The notes under the pieces are model-generated. The model was not told where the DNA came from. It saw only the letters and a program-made list of their open reading frames with translations, and ran no database searches. DNA of 59,149 nt, the filler included. It is 8 parts of 8 records of this genome, joined end to end, with 100 filler letters (N's around TTAATTAATTAA, not from the genome) between each part and the next. Parts side by side here need not be neighbours in the genome. Positions count along the whole stretch, not along the records: positions 18,423 to 24,319 come from SRR31147125_110567; positions 24,420 to 31,962 come from SRR31147125_110670; 6 more parts are not named here. One strand, 5' to 3'. Below are positions 20,601 to 31,122 of this stretch, piece after piece; the stretch's first letter is position 1; every line of letters begins with the position of its first letter. Position numbers and translations under genes: made by a program.

Positions 20601-21350
20601 GTGTTTAAACGGATTTTAAAAATAGGAGGAGTTATAATAGTGGTACTGCTGGTAGTAGTAACACTGGCTTTTTCGTTTGTAAAATATAACAATGCCATTT
20701 GCCGTGCAGTTAAAGTTACCTATCCCGACAAAGAAATAATAGAGATTGATAAGAATGAAATTGTTAAGCTTGTAAAAGCTGCCGACGAAAATATTCTTGG
20801 GAAAAAGTTGAACGATATTGATGCAACTGTAATCGAGAAGGCAGTAGAAAAGCACAAGGCTGTTTTAAGTGCCGAAGCTTTTAAAGTTGTAGCCCTCGAC
20901 AGTTCATCTTTTAAAGGTGTGGTTACAATAAAAGTAAAACATCGCAAACCTGTTCTGCGAATAATCTCGGGCGACGAAAATTATTATCTCGACAACATTG
21001 GAGGCAAAATACCGGTATCGCAAAGTTATTCGGCCAATGTGTTAACGGCAACAGGTATCATTTCTGAAAAGTATGCACAGGAGAAGTTGCTGCCGTTCAT
21101 TTTATTTATTGAGAACGACGATTTTTGGAATGCTCAGGTTGAGCAGGTGCACATTGAGAAAAGCGGAAATGTTTTGCTGGTGCCGCTTGTGGGCGAGCAT
21201 CGCATTGAGCTTGGCGACATAACGAATTTTACAGAGAAGCTTCGGAATATGAAAGCTTTTTATTCCCAGGTACTTGCGAAAAATAATTGGAATAAATACA
21301 AATCAATAAGCGTAAAATATAAAAATCAGGTAATCGCAAAAAGACGATAA
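20601..21350 (+). CDS. ftsQ: Cell division protein FtsQ (Bacteroidota type)
   Basis: Single N-terminal TM helix; FWNAQVEQ and WNKYKSISVKYKNQV; sits between murC and ftsA. Confidence 0.85.
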   Translation: MFKRILKIGGVIIVVLLVVVTLAFSFVKYNNAICRAVKVTYPDKEIIEIDKNEIVKLVKAADENILGKKLNDIDATVIEKAVEKHKAVLSAEAFKVVALDSSSFKGVVTIKVKHRKPVLRIISGDENYYLDNIGGKIPVSQSYSANVLTATGIISEKYAQEKLLPFILFIENDDFWNAQVEQVHIEKSGNVLLVPLVGEHRIELGDITNFTEKLRNMKAFYSQVLAKNNWNKYKSISVKYKNQVIAKRR

Positions 21351-21352
21351 TT

Positions 21353-22633
21353 ATGGCTTCTACAAATAATCTTTCGGTTGTTATCGACTTAGGTACATCA
21401 AAAATAGTGGCTTTGGCCGGATGCCTTAACGAAAACGGAGCAATGGAAATCCTGGGAATGGAAATAGTACCATCGAAAGGGATTAAACGTGGTGTGGTTT
21501 TTAATGTAGATGAGGCGGCTGATGCTGTTAATTCTGTTCTTGAAAAATTGGAAGAACAGTTTGAAGAGGAAGTGGAGTGTGTTCATGTTGCCTTTGCCGG
21601 ACAGAACATGCAAACACTGGATTATAAAACCTCGACAACCACTACCGGAGAAGGTGTTGTGGCTCAGCAAGATGTAGAACGACTGCTCGATAACGCACGA
21701 AATGTTGAACTTAGCGATGGGTACAAAGTAATTCGGGTTATTCCAACCTCGTATGTTATTGACGACGACGTGGAAGTTGAAAAACCTGTAGGGACAACCG
21801 GAGTAAAGATTGAAGCCAACTTTAAACTTTCGGTTATCAGTGCCTCGTATTTAAATAGTCTGAAACTCGTATTCGACAGACTTGGAATTGAATTGGGTGA
21901 AATTATTGATTCGTCGTTGGCAATTACCGAGGCGGTTACAACTTCAGAAGAAAAAGAATTAGGAGTTGCTGTTCTCGATTTTGGAGCCGGTACAACAAAT
22001 GTTGCCGTGTATCAGAATAACGTTTTACTGCACACTGCAGTGGTTCCTTTTGGAGGGCAAGTGGTAACCAACGATATTAAAGAAGGGTGTTCAATCTCGC
22101 TAAAAAAAGCCGAGTTGATGAAGACCAAATACGGTGAAGCAATGGGCGATTTTGCCGACGAAAGCAAAGTGGTAACCATTGCCGGAGAAAATGGATGGGA
22201 ACCTCGCCAGGTTTCATTTAAAAGTTTGGCTTATATTATTCAGGCTCGTTTAGAAGAAATAATTGAATGTGTTTATGCGCAGATTGAAAAGTCTGGAGTT
22301 GATGCCGGATTAAGTACGGGAATTATTATAACCGGAGGAGCATCTGCATTGCGGAATATGGTTTCTCTTGTGAAGTTTAAAACTTGCATGGATGCGCGCA
22401 GAGCCAAAACAGTTATTTATCCGGTGAACCATAAAGAGGAGCTAAAAAAATCGGAATATTTGACCGCACTTGGCGCAATGAAACTTGTTTTAGCAGTGCC
22501 CGATAAAACTGAAAAACGCGCCGGAAGTCGGACTCCAAAAAATAAAGCACGCTTTGCTCCGCTTTTTAAAGGCGTTGTGCAGGGTGCCTTAAATTTATTC
22601 GATGTTGATAATAATGATTTAGAATTGAATTAA
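21353..22633 (+). CDS. ftsA: Cell division protein FtsA
   Basis: DLGTSK, GIKRGVV, DFGAGTT, AELMKTKYG, ITGGAS. Confidence 0.95.
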   Translation: MASTNNLSVVIDLGTSKIVALAGCLNENGAMEILGMEIVPSKGIKRGVVFNVDEAADAVNSVLEKLEEQFEEEVECVHVAFAGQNMQTLDYKTSTTTTGEGVVAQQDVERLLDNARNVELSDGYKVIRVIPTSYVIDDDVEVEKPVGTTGVKIEANFKLSVISASYLNSLKLVFDRLGIELGEIIDSSLAITEAVTTSEEKELGVAVLDFGAGTTNVAVYQNNVLLHTAVVPFGGQVVTNDIKEGCSISLKKAELMKTKYGEAMGDFADESKVVTIAGENGWEPRQVSFKSLAYIIQARLEEIIECVYAQIEKSGVDAGLSTGIIITGGASALRNMVSLVKFKTCMDARRAKTVIYPVNHKEELKKSEYLTALGAMKLVLAVPDKTEKRAGSRTPKNKARFAPLFKGVVQGALNLFDVDNNDLELN

Positions 22634-22645
22634 AAGATAAAGGAC

Positions 22646-23953
22646 ATGGCCGAAGAATTCGTAAATTTTCAATTTCCTGAAACCTCATCTTCAATTATTA
22701 AAGTAATTGGCGCCGGTGGTGGAGGTTGTAATGCGGTTAACCACATGTACGAAGAGGGGATAACAGGTGTCGATTATATTATTTGTAATACCGATGCCCA
22801 GGCTCTTGAGAGCAGTCCGGTGCCCATTAAAATTCAGTTGGGCGTAACCTTAACCGAAGGACGTGGAGCCGGAAATAAACCCGAAATGGGAGAGCAGGCA
22901 GCCCGCGAGAATTATGAAGACTTAAAGAAAGTTTTAGGTGACAATACAAAGATGCTGTTTATTACTGCCGGAATGGGCGGTGGAACCGGAACCGGAGCAG
23001 CTCCTGTAATTGCAAGCCTTGCCCGCGAGTTGGATATTCTAACCATTGCTGTAGTAACAATTCCTGCACCTGCTGAAGGACGCAAACGTTACGAACAGGC
23101 ACAGGCCGGAATTGATAAATTGAAAGAAAATGTAGACAGTATGTTGGTAATTAGCAACGACCGTCTGCATAATATATATGGCGATTTGCCCGCCAGCCAG
23201 GCTTTTAAAATGGCCGACAATGTTGTGTCTACCGCCGTTAAAGGCGTGGCCGAAATTATTACCGTTCACGGAAATGTAAATATTGATTACACCGATGTGC
23301 ATACTGTTATGCACAAAAGCGAGGTGTTTATAATGGGAACCGGTTTTGCCACCGGCGAAGGCCGGGCAATGGACGCAGTACACGAAGCTCTGGAGTCGCC
23401 ACTATTGGATAGCAACGATATTTACGGTACTAAAAATATTCTGTTGAATATTATATCGGGGAGCGAAGAAATTAGAATTGGAGAGATTGGTGAAATAATA
23501 GAAACCTTGCAGGAAAAAGCAGGACAGGAAGCCGACATTATTTGGGGTAACGGCTACGACGAACGTTTAGGCGACAGAATTAGTGTTACCATTTTGGCTA
23601 CCGGTTTCGAAACCAATCCGAACCGCGTATTGCAGCCAACTCAGGAGCCCGAAAAGTTCGATTTAAAAGAAGAGGTGCAGCCTGAAGAAGAATCTGTTAA
23701 AACGAATAACGAATATTATATTGAAGATGATGCACCGGAAGAGCCGCAACTCGATCCGGAGCCAAAAGTTCAGGATACTATAATTGTGAAACCGCCAAAA
23801 GAAAAGGTTTCGCATCGGAAAGAAAACAAGAAGAAACATAAGACTAAAAGTAAAAAGGATGAACCTGTTACAGAATCGAATGTAGATAACTGGTTCTTTA
23901 AAAACTTTGGACTGGGAAAATTCTTTGAAGAAGACGACCAGGATTTGGATTAG
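22646..23953 (+). CDS. ftsZ: FtsZ paralog 1
   Basis: IKVIGAGGGGCNA, NTDAQAL, GMGGGTGTG tubulin signature, T7 loop NIDYTD. Confidence 0.95.
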   Translation: MAEEFVNFQFPETSSSIIKVIGAGGGGCNAVNHMYEEGITGVDYIICNTDAQALESSPVPIKIQLGVTLTEGRGAGNKPEMGEQAARENYEDLKKVLGDNTKMLFITAGMGGGTGTGAAPVIASLARELDILTIAVVTIPAPAEGRKRYEQAQAGIDKLKENVDSMLVISNDRLHNIYGDLPASQAFKMADNVVSTAVKGVAEIITVHGNVNIDYTDVHTVMHKSEVFIMGTGFATGEGRAMDAVHEALESPLLDSNDIYGTKNILLNIISGSEEIRIGEIGEIIETLQEKAGQEADIIWGNGYDERLGDRISVTILATGFETNPNRVLQPTQEPEKFDLKEEVQPEEESVKTNNEYYIEDDAPEEPQLDPEPKVQDTIIVKPPKEKVSHRKENKKKHKTKSKKDEPVTESNVDNWFFKNFGLGKFFEEDDQDLD

Positions 23954-23984
23954 GACATTTGCATAATGTAAAACAAATTAGATA

Positions 23985-24319
23985 ATGGAGAATTTGGCAG
24001 GCTTTACTTTTGAGCAAACGCCCGGGAAGGAGATAAAAGTTGTTGGTGTTGGTGGTGGCGGAGGAAATGCTGTAAATCACATGTACGAGCATGGTATACG
24101 CGATGTAGATTTTATTATTTGCAATACCGATGCGCAAGCCATGGAAAACAGTAATGTGCCAACAAAAGTACAACTGGGTGAGATTTTAACCGAAGGCCGT
24201 GGTGCCGGCAATAAACCCGAAGTTGGTAAAGAAGCAGCAATTGAGAATATAGAGGACGTTAAAAAGACCATTGGCGAGAATACAAAAATGGTTTTTATTA
24301 CTGCCGGAATGGGTGGTGG
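23985..24319 (+). CDS. ftsZ: FtsZ paralog 2 (3'-truncated)
   Basis: IKVVGVGGGGGNAVN, NTDAQA, GRGAG, TAGMGG. Confidence 0.92.
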
Positions 24320-24419
24320 NNNNNNNNNNNNNNNNNNNNNNNNNNNNNNNNNNNNNNNNNNNNTTAATTAATTAANNNNNNNNNNNNNNNNNNNNNNNNN
24401 NNNNNNNNNNNNNNNNNNN

Positions 24420-25289
24420 CATGGGGAGGACAACCCAGCGGATCTGGCGAAAGATGATGGCCAGCATCGTAACCAGAAAGCAGAGCACTCCCACGCCGAA
24501 TGCCGCCAGATCGTGGCGGATAAAATCGATCATGTCCGTTACGATCATGGACACGCCGCCGAGGTGAAGATTAGCACGGTCCCTGTATTCGTCTAAAATT
24601 CTGCGGACGGCTGCAATGTCTTCGCTCTCCCTTTCCATCATTTCGGCGCTGAAGTCCTTGAACTGGAGACTGACGGAATTCAGTTCATCTTCTTCCTGCG
24701 CTGAAAACGTTTCGGTGAGCTGTTTTTCACGCAGGGCATTGCGGCGCTTGAGAAGCGAAAAGTAGGTTTCATCGTGGCGGAAAACAACCTGCAGGGCTGT
24801 TGTTTTTCCGTCCGGGCTGAGAATCATATTTTGATACAGGGGGCTGGTCAGGAACTCCGAGCGTGCCAGTTCGGGGTCGGTTTCCGGTTGGTCGAGAGTA
24901 CGCACATGTTTCTGCAGTTCGGCCAGAGAGACTCTGGGACTGTCGATCAAGGGAACGTCGAGGATGCTGACGATTTTTTCGACCCTTTCGATCTCTTGGA
25001 TGTCGGCCCGCAAGCTGCGCAGGTCGGAAAGAGATTTCCGTGAGAACAGATCGGAGCGGGGGGAATAGGTAATGATCAGGAAGTTGTCAGAGCCGTAGCG
25101 CGCCCTGATTAAACGGTAGTAGCGGAGAGCCTGGTCATTTTCCAGCACCAGCGAGTCGGCCGATGCATCGAGTTTGAAGTCCCGGGCGAAAAATCCGAAA
25201 AAAGCGATCACCAGGGAGACCAGAAGAAGTGTGGCGATGGGTCTCTCAAGAACAATTTTTTCGTAAATTGCCGGCAATTGCCTGCGCAT
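24420..25289 (-). CDS. MMPL/RND-superfamily exporter (3'-truncated)
   Basis: N-terminal TM, FKLDASADSL, large periplasmic loop, GGVSMIVTDM then TM helices. Confidence 0.85.
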
Positions 25290-25463
25290 GGGAATTCCCG
25301 TTTTTGGATTAAAAATTTGAAGGTTTATACTTTAAATTTAAAGGGAGGGGGATAATTTCAAGGTTGAGGCCACTGCTTCCTGAAGTAGTTGCATAAAATC
25401 GAGCCACGGCCTTCTCCGAACTGTAGCGTCCGGGAATATTAATGGAGGGAAATCTGATTAGAT

Positions 25464-25504
25464 AAAAAAAGGCCGGAGGATAATTATCTTTTCCTCCGGC
25501 CTTT
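25464..25504 (-). terminator. Intrinsic terminator downstream of the DUF3617-like gene
   Basis: A7-GGCCGGAGGA...TCCTCCGGCC-TTT. Confidence 0.8.
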
Positions 25505-25532
25505 GGGGTCATTTGAAAAAAAAGTAGCGTGG

Positions 25533-25967
25533 TTATTTCGGGCAGTCGCCGATCCGCTTTCCCGACATGTTGTATGTCATTTCCATGTTTCCGGGCTGGA
25601 TGGTAGCTGACATGCTACCCTTCATTTTGTCGCCATCGTAGGTGATGGAACTGTGGCCTTTCATTTTTCCGCCCTCATTGGAAGAAACGATGTCGTAGCT
25701 GACCGTGTTGCCGTCAATCTTCAAATTGGATATCTCGAATTTCTGTTCCGCCTGGCCTGCCTGGCCTGGTTGAGGAATCATGTCGTCCTTTGTGATGCAC
25801 TGGGTGTGCGTCACTGGCGGCATCTGGGCAGGTATTCCCTTCATCTTGACATCCGTGGTTATTTTCCACTGGCCTTCCTTGATGTTGACTTTCGGTTCGG
25901 ACTGACAGCTGGCGGTGAACAAAGTGAGGATTAACAATGCGAACATTACAGTGAATTTTTTGGTCAT
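25533..25967 (-). CDS. DUF3617-like lipoprotein
   Basis: Lipobox TASC; GQWKIT, QCIT, C-terminal GKRIGDC. Confidence 0.8.
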   Translation of the reverse strand: MTKKFTVMFALLILTLFTASCQSEPKVNIKEGQWKITTDVKMKGIPAQMPPVTHTQCITKDDMIPQPGQAGQAEQKFEISNLKIDGNTVSYDIVSSNEGGKMKGHSSITYDGDKMKGSMSATIQPGNMEMTYNMSGKRIGDCPK

Positions 25968-26282
25968 TTTCTCTTTCTCCTTTAAGGTAAAATGAATTCT
26001 CCACGAGTTCGAAGTGCTACCTTAATTAAAAAAGTTTTTAAATCAATATTGAAGATGAGGTTTATTTCTACCCATGGATAACCTCGGGAGATATGCTGAT
26101 GGAAGTACAGTAAATAAAAATGAACGAAAAACCAGGTACTTCCCTTAATAATCGAGCTATTTTAAAAAATCAACAAACAGTACAAATGGTGTTATTTAAT
26201 TGGAAAACCTTTGCATTCAGGGGTCTTAACAGGGGATTATACATTTTCCTCTCTGTAAATTAATATTTTCAGGAGCTGAAAT

Positions 26283-26600
26283 TTGGAACCTAAATCTCCG
26301 GCTGTGCCAAGCGAAAGAAAGGAAACTCTTCGGCGCCAGGTAATGACTCTATTACGCGAGGGACAACTGTCAGCTAAGGATATCTCAATAGATATCGGTA
26401 TTCGTGAGAAAGATGTCTATCAACATCTCGAGCATATTCAACAGACGCTGCGGCAGGAGAAGTGCCAACTCGTTATCGAACCTGCTATCTGCAAACTGTG
26501 CGGATTTGTTTTTAAAAAACGCACGCGGTTGACCAAACCGGGTAAGTGTCCTCTGTGCAAGGGAAGTTCTATCGAGGAACCGAGATTTTCCCTGTTCTGA
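26283..26600 (+). CDS. HTH plus Zn-ribbon predicted transcriptional regulator
   Basis: EKDVYQHLEHI, PAICKLCGFVF, PGKCPLCK. Confidence 0.85.
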   Translation: MEPKSPAVPSERKETLRRQVMTLLREGQLSAKDISIDIGIREKDVYQHLEHIQQTLRQEKCQLVIEPAICKLCGFVFKKRTRLTKPGKCPLCKGSSIEEPRFSLF

Positions 26601-26685
26601 ACCGGTATTTATTTTGCGGAAAGTTGCCGCGAAAGGCTCTTGCCAGCACGATTAAAAAACTTTAAAAATCATTAGTTTTAATTGC

Positions 26686-26714
26686 TTGACAGCAACAGAT
26701 CCTTTAACTACTAT
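26686..26714 (+). promoter_or_regulatory. Sigma70 promoter upstream of the KamA pair
   Basis: TTGACA-N17-TACTAT. Confidence 0.75.
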
Positions 26715-26740
26715 GCCCCGTTTTTTATAGCTCTTAATGT

Positions 26741-26777
26741 ATGCATCGTGCTAGTTTGAATAGCATGCATTTTTTTG
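26741..26777 (+). terminator. Terminator-like hairpin in the leader of the KamA pair
   Basis: ATGCATcGTGCTA-loop-TAGCATGCAT followed by a T run. Confidence 0.5.
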
Positions 26778-26897
26778 TGCTGTTTGGACATTACAATGAT
26801 TTTGCACCAGGAGCCGTTTACATTCAGCCCGATGGGTATTTTCTTAATCCCTCATTGAAAATCGGTGCCCAATAACCCGGAAAGAAACCTTGAAATC

Positions 26898-27968
26898 ATG
26901 ACTTGGCAAGAGCAACTTAAACAATTTGTCAACAGTATTGAAAAGCTTGAAAACTTCATCAATCTGACGAACGATGAACGTAACGTGCTTGAAAACAATC
27001 GGACCACCTGGGGAACCACGCCCTATTTTGCATCGTTAATGGACCGCGACGATCCGAACTGCCCGATCAGGAAACAGGTCATACCCTCAGCCCTTGAAAA
27101 GGAAAACAAATACGGCATGGAGGATTATCTGGTCTGGAAAGAGAACCGGGCCACGGATGAGATACGACCGGACAGCATTGCCCGCCAGTACCGGGACCGG
27201 GTTGCCTTCACAGTCACTCAGGTTTGCGGCATCTACTGTCGCCACTGTTTTCGCAAGGAACTTGTGGTTGACGGCGATCTGAAGCTTGATTTCAACGTCG
27301 ATGAAGGTTTGCAGTGGCTGGCCGAACACCCCGAGGTGCGTGACGTGCTGGTCACCGGCGGTGACCCCTTCCTTCTCGCTGATGATCAGCTGGAATATCT
27401 GATCCGAAAGCTTCGCGAACTGCCGCATATTGAAATGATCCGTTTCGGTACCAGGACACCGATCGTACTACCGCAAAGGATCGATGCCAAACTCAAAAAA
27501 GTGCTCGGCGGCTATCACAAGGTTCCGATCTGGATCAATACTCAGTGCAACCACCCCAAGGAAATTACCGAAGAAACGGCCCGGTGCGTATTCGATCTGC
27601 TCAGTTGCGGCATCAATGTCGGCAACCAGGCGGTGCTGCTGAAAGGAATCAACGACAATGTTGAAACCTTCCGCAGTTTGCACCAGAAGCTGCTAACAGT
27701 CCGGATCAAGCCCTATTACGTCTTTTATTGCGAAGCCGCACCGGGGATCGACCATTTTCGCACCCCGGTTGAGAAAGGGGCTGAATTGATTCGTGACGCT
27801 CTGCGTGGACACACGACAGGTCTTGCCCAGCCGATGTATGTGGTTGCCACCAACATCGGCAAGGTTCCGCTTATGCCGGACTATTACATCATCGATAAAA
27901 ATGAATCTGAGTACACCCTGCGCAACCACAAGGGGGAACATACAACCATCCCGAACGTGCCTGATTAA
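26898..27968 (+). CDS. KamA-family radical SAM/PLP aminomutase, copy 1
   Basis: CPIRKQVIP, CGIYCRHCFR, TGGDP, RFGTR, NHPKE, NQAVLLKGIND, IGKVP. Confidence 0.92.
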   Translation: MTWQEQLKQFVNSIEKLENFINLTNDERNVLENNRTTWGTTPYFASLMDRDDPNCPIRKQVIPSALEKENKYGMEDYLVWKENRATDEIRPDSIARQYRDRVAFTVTQVCGIYCRHCFRKELVVDGDLKLDFNVDEGLQWLAEHPEVRDVLVTGGDPFLLADDQLEYLIRKLRELPHIEMIRFGTRTPIVLPQRIDAKLKKVLGGYHKVPIWINTQCNHPKEITEETARCVFDLLSCGINVGNQAVLLKGINDNVETFRSLHQKLLTVRIKPYYVFYCEAAPGIDHFRTPVEKGAELIRDALRGHTTGLAQPMYVVATNIGKVPLMPDYYIIDKNESEYTLRNHKGEHTTIPNVPD

Positions 27969-28042
27969 CAACATTTGGTGATTGGCTGTGTTACAGCAAG
28001 CCGGGCATCGGCTCGGTAACTACCCGAAACCGAAAGAAAGCA

Positions 28043-29239
28043 ATGGTTGAAAAATCTGAAGTAATCGCTAACAGGAAAAGCGACCTTGACGCTGTCGAGT
28101 GGGCCGACCTCGACTGGCAGCAGGAATTAAAAAACAATATCACCAGTATCGACCAGCTAGCCGAGACCTTGCAACTGCCCCCTGAAGATTTTGCAGACTT
28201 GCGTCAGGTCGTCGATTTGCACCCGATGAACATCCCTCGCTATTATTTAAGCCTTATCGACCGGGATGATCCGCGGGACCCTATTCGTAAACTCTGCATA
28301 CCGCAAAGCGAAGAGTTGATTGTTGCCGGAGCTATGGGTGATACGACCAAAGACCCTTACGGCGACGACAAGCATGACAAGGGCAATGGGGTGCTGCACA
28401 AGTATTCCTACACCGCGCTGGTGGTTGCCACCGAATATTGTGCGATGTACTGTCGGCATTGTTTCCGCAAACGGATGGTTGGCCTGCCGAATGAGCAGAC
28501 GGTCAAGAATTTTCAGGGTGCAGCCGCCTATATTGCCGACAATCCGCAGATCACTAATGTCGTGATCTCCGGTGGTGATCCCTTTATGCTGCCGACCGAT
28601 ACCTTGCGCCGGATGTTGGCCGCCCTTAAGGATATTCCGCATCTCGATTACGTACGCATTGGCTCACGAGCTCCGGTAGTCTACCCGATCCGTTTTTTTG
28701 ATAATGAATTGATTGAGATGCTGACTGAGTTCAATCAGCAGACGGCTTTGTTTGTTCCGACCCATTTCAATCATCCTAAAGAGATCACGCCGCTAGCACG
28801 CGATGCTGTGCTGCGCCTGCGGCAGGCAGGAATCACCGTCAACAATCAGGCGGTTTTCCTGCGCGGAGTTAATGATGATGTTGAAACCCTGGTTGAACTG
28901 ATGAGTGGCCTGCTCGAGATCGGTGTTAACCCTTACTATCTCTACCAGTGTATGCCGGTGGAGAGGGTTCGGCATCATTTTCAGGTGCCGCTCAAGGAAG
29001 GGGTCGAGATTGTTGACGCGGCCCGGCAGCTGATGGACGGATACGCTAAGCGGTTTAAATTCATCATTGGCCACGATATCGGCAAGCTTGAGATCTGCGG
29101 TCAGTTTGACGGCAAGCTGATTCTCAAACAGTTACACGCCCGGCCTGGGCACGAAGAGGAATCCTCTCGCATTCTGGTTAGACAACTTACTGACGATGGC
29201 GGCTGGCTCGATGATCTGCCTGAGGCTCCTCTGTACTGA
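28043..29239 (+). CDS. KamA-family radical SAM/PLP aminomutase, copy 2 (GKLEI type)
   Basis: DPIRK, CAMYCRHCFRKR, SGGDP, THFNHPKE, NQAVFLRGVND, IGKLEI. Confidence 0.92.
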   Translation: MVEKSEVIANRKSDLDAVEWADLDWQQELKNNITSIDQLAETLQLPPEDFADLRQVVDLHPMNIPRYYLSLIDRDDPRDPIRKLCIPQSEELIVAGAMGDTTKDPYGDDKHDKGNGVLHKYSYTALVVATEYCAMYCRHCFRKRMVGLPNEQTVKNFQGAAAYIADNPQITNVVISGGDPFMLPTDTLRRMLAALKDIPHLDYVRIGSRAPVVYPIRFFDNELIEMLTEFNQQTALFVPTHFNHPKEITPLARDAVLRLRQAGITVNNQAVFLRGVNDDVETLVELMSGLLEIGVNPYYLYQCMPVERVRHHFQVPLKEGVEIVDAARQLMDGYAKRFKFIIGHDIGKLEICGQFDGKLILKQLHARPGHEEESSRILVRQLTDDGGWLDDLPEAPLY

Positions 29240-29443
29240 TTTTCATTCAGCCGAAGCTGTGAATAACGGTTAACCTTGATAGAATGAAGTAACAACTGCA
29301 AACATTCAGATGAGAACTTCTGAGGGTTTGCTATTCCTCCGGGCTCCAATGGCGACTTCGGGTGGAAGAAATCCGGTTCCCTTCGCGACATTGAGATTTT
29401 CTTTCAATTGTGTGCAAACTAAACTCAAAGAGGAGGAGACATT

Positions 29444-30181
29444 ATGAAAAAACTGGCGGTATTGGTTCTTGCAAGCATCATGGTTTTTGCGTCTGGAGCA
29501 GCATTTGCCGAAAAGTTGTATGTCGGTGTTGACACGGCTTTTGTCCCCTTTGAATACAAAGGCAAGGATGGAAAATACACCGGATTCGATATTGATCTCT
29601 GGGCAGAAATTGCCAAACGCATCGGTGTTGACTATGAACTCAAACCGATGGACTTCAATGGCTTGATTCCGGGGTTGACAACGGGAAATCTGGATGTTGC
29701 TCTGGCGGCCATTTTCATCAAGTCTTCCAGGGAAAAGAAAATCGATTTTTCCCACCCTTACTTCAGAGCAGGCCTGAAGGTCATGGTTCGGGCTGATAAT
29801 AAGGACATCCAGTCACCGGCAGACCTGAAAGGGAAAGTGGTTGCTGTTAAACTCGGGACCGCAACGGTTGAATACGTTGAAACCCTCGGTGCAAAGAAAG
29901 TTGTCAAGTTCCCGAATATTGACCAGGCTTATCTTGAGGTTGCAACAGGCGGGGCAGACGCCGCAATGCATGATACTCCGAACGTGCTCTACTATATCAA
30001 GACCGCGGGCAACGGCAAGGTCAAGGTAGTAGGGCCCGATGTCAAAGCGGCCCAATACGGGATTGCTTTTCCATCGGGAAGTAAATTACGTGACAAGACC
30101 AACGTAGCTCTTCTAGAGATGATGGAAGATGGTGCTTACGCCGATCTCTATCGTAAATGGTTTGATGCAGACCCTGAATAA
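29444..30181 (+). CDS. glnH: Glutamine-type ABC transporter binding protein
   Basis: DTAFVPFE, GFDIDLW, PMDFNGLIP, FPNIDQAYLE, HDTPNVLY match GlnH. Confidence 0.85.
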   Translation: MKKLAVLVLASIMVFASGAAFAEKLYVGVDTAFVPFEYKGKDGKYTGFDIDLWAEIAKRIGVDYELKPMDFNGLIPGLTTGNLDVALAAIFIKSSREKKIDFSHPYFRAGLKVMVRADNKDIQSPADLKGKVVAVKLGTATVEYVETLGAKKVVKFPNIDQAYLEVATGGADAAMHDTPNVLYYIKTAGNGKVKVVGPDVKAAQYGIAFPSGSKLRDKTNVALLEMMEDGAYADLYRKWFDADPE

Positions 30182-30209
30182 TCCTGAATGAAACACCTCT
30201 TTTAATTGC

Positions 30210-30262
30210 GGAAACAGAGGGCTTTTCTGAAATAATTTACCCAGAAGAGACCCTCTGTTTCC
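30210..30262. other. Intercistronic stem-loop after the binding-protein gene
   Basis: GGAAACAGAGGG...CCCTCTGTTTCC. Confidence 0.7.
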
Positions 30263-30294
30263 TTGAAATATCTCCTAACAAACGAGATAAATTA

Positions 30295-31018
30295 ATGGGT
30301 TTTGAATTTTCAGTTATTCTCGAGTCTATTCCGGCTCTTCTTGTTGGCGCCAAATTGACCTGGGTGATTACTATCCTGGGGATTATCGGTGGCATGATCT
30401 TCGGTATTTTAGCTGGCCTGGGGCGCTTGGCCGGGACTCCTTCCCTCGGTGAAGCACCGCACGGGATTTACCGAATGATCACTGTCCTGATCCGTTATGT
30501 CTCCGGTGGTTATGTCGAGACAATTCGTGGTACCCCGATTATAGTTCAGGCGATGTTTATCTATTTTGCCTTTCCAATGCTCGTCAAAGTGGTCACTGAT
30601 ATTGAACGTTTTCGCATAGAAGCTCTCACTGCCGCTGTCATCACGATTATCATCAACGCGGGAGCTTATATTGCTGAAATTGTTCGTGGCTCGGTCATTT
30701 CTGTGGACAAGGGGCTTCTGGAAGCCGGAATGTCCTTGGGAATCAGTCGTACCCAACTGATCTTGCACGTTATTGGCCCGATAGCCTTCAGAAGAATGAT
30801 TCCTCCTCTCGGTAATCAGTTTATTATCAGCCTTAAAGACACGTCCCTGTTCATTGTCATAGGGGTTGGCGAGCCTAACCCGGCAGGGTCAGGAAATCAT
30901 GGCCAGTAACTTCAGGGCACTTGAAATCTGGCTGACTGTGGCAATCATGTATATGATTATGACAACGGTACTCGCTATGACGTTAAGGCATCTCGAAAGA
31001 AAGATGAAGATATTTTAA
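30295..31018 (+). CDS. glnP: Glutamine-type ABC permease, with a 1-nt insertion near 30874
   Basis: [25 protein letters not shown]; continues in another frame as [20 protein letters not shown]...LERKMKIF. Confidence 0.85.
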
Positions 31019-31122
31019 GAACATGTCGGCCTTTAAACTCTGGTGGGTCAACGCTGAACAAAGGTTTTTCATTCTTTATTTTTCGAAAACCTTAGGATGC
31101 TGATTTTCAAAGAAAGTCGAAA

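Noticed and set aside
23985-24319. Second ftsZ as an assembly duplicate
   Set aside because: Many amino-acid and codon differences from the first copy
29240-29443. Glutamine or other riboswitch upstream of glnH
   Set aside because: Only weak hairpins; no consensus I can match
30860-30909. Programmed frameshift in glnP
   Set aside because: No slippery heptamer or stimulatory structure; one extra C is a simpler explanation
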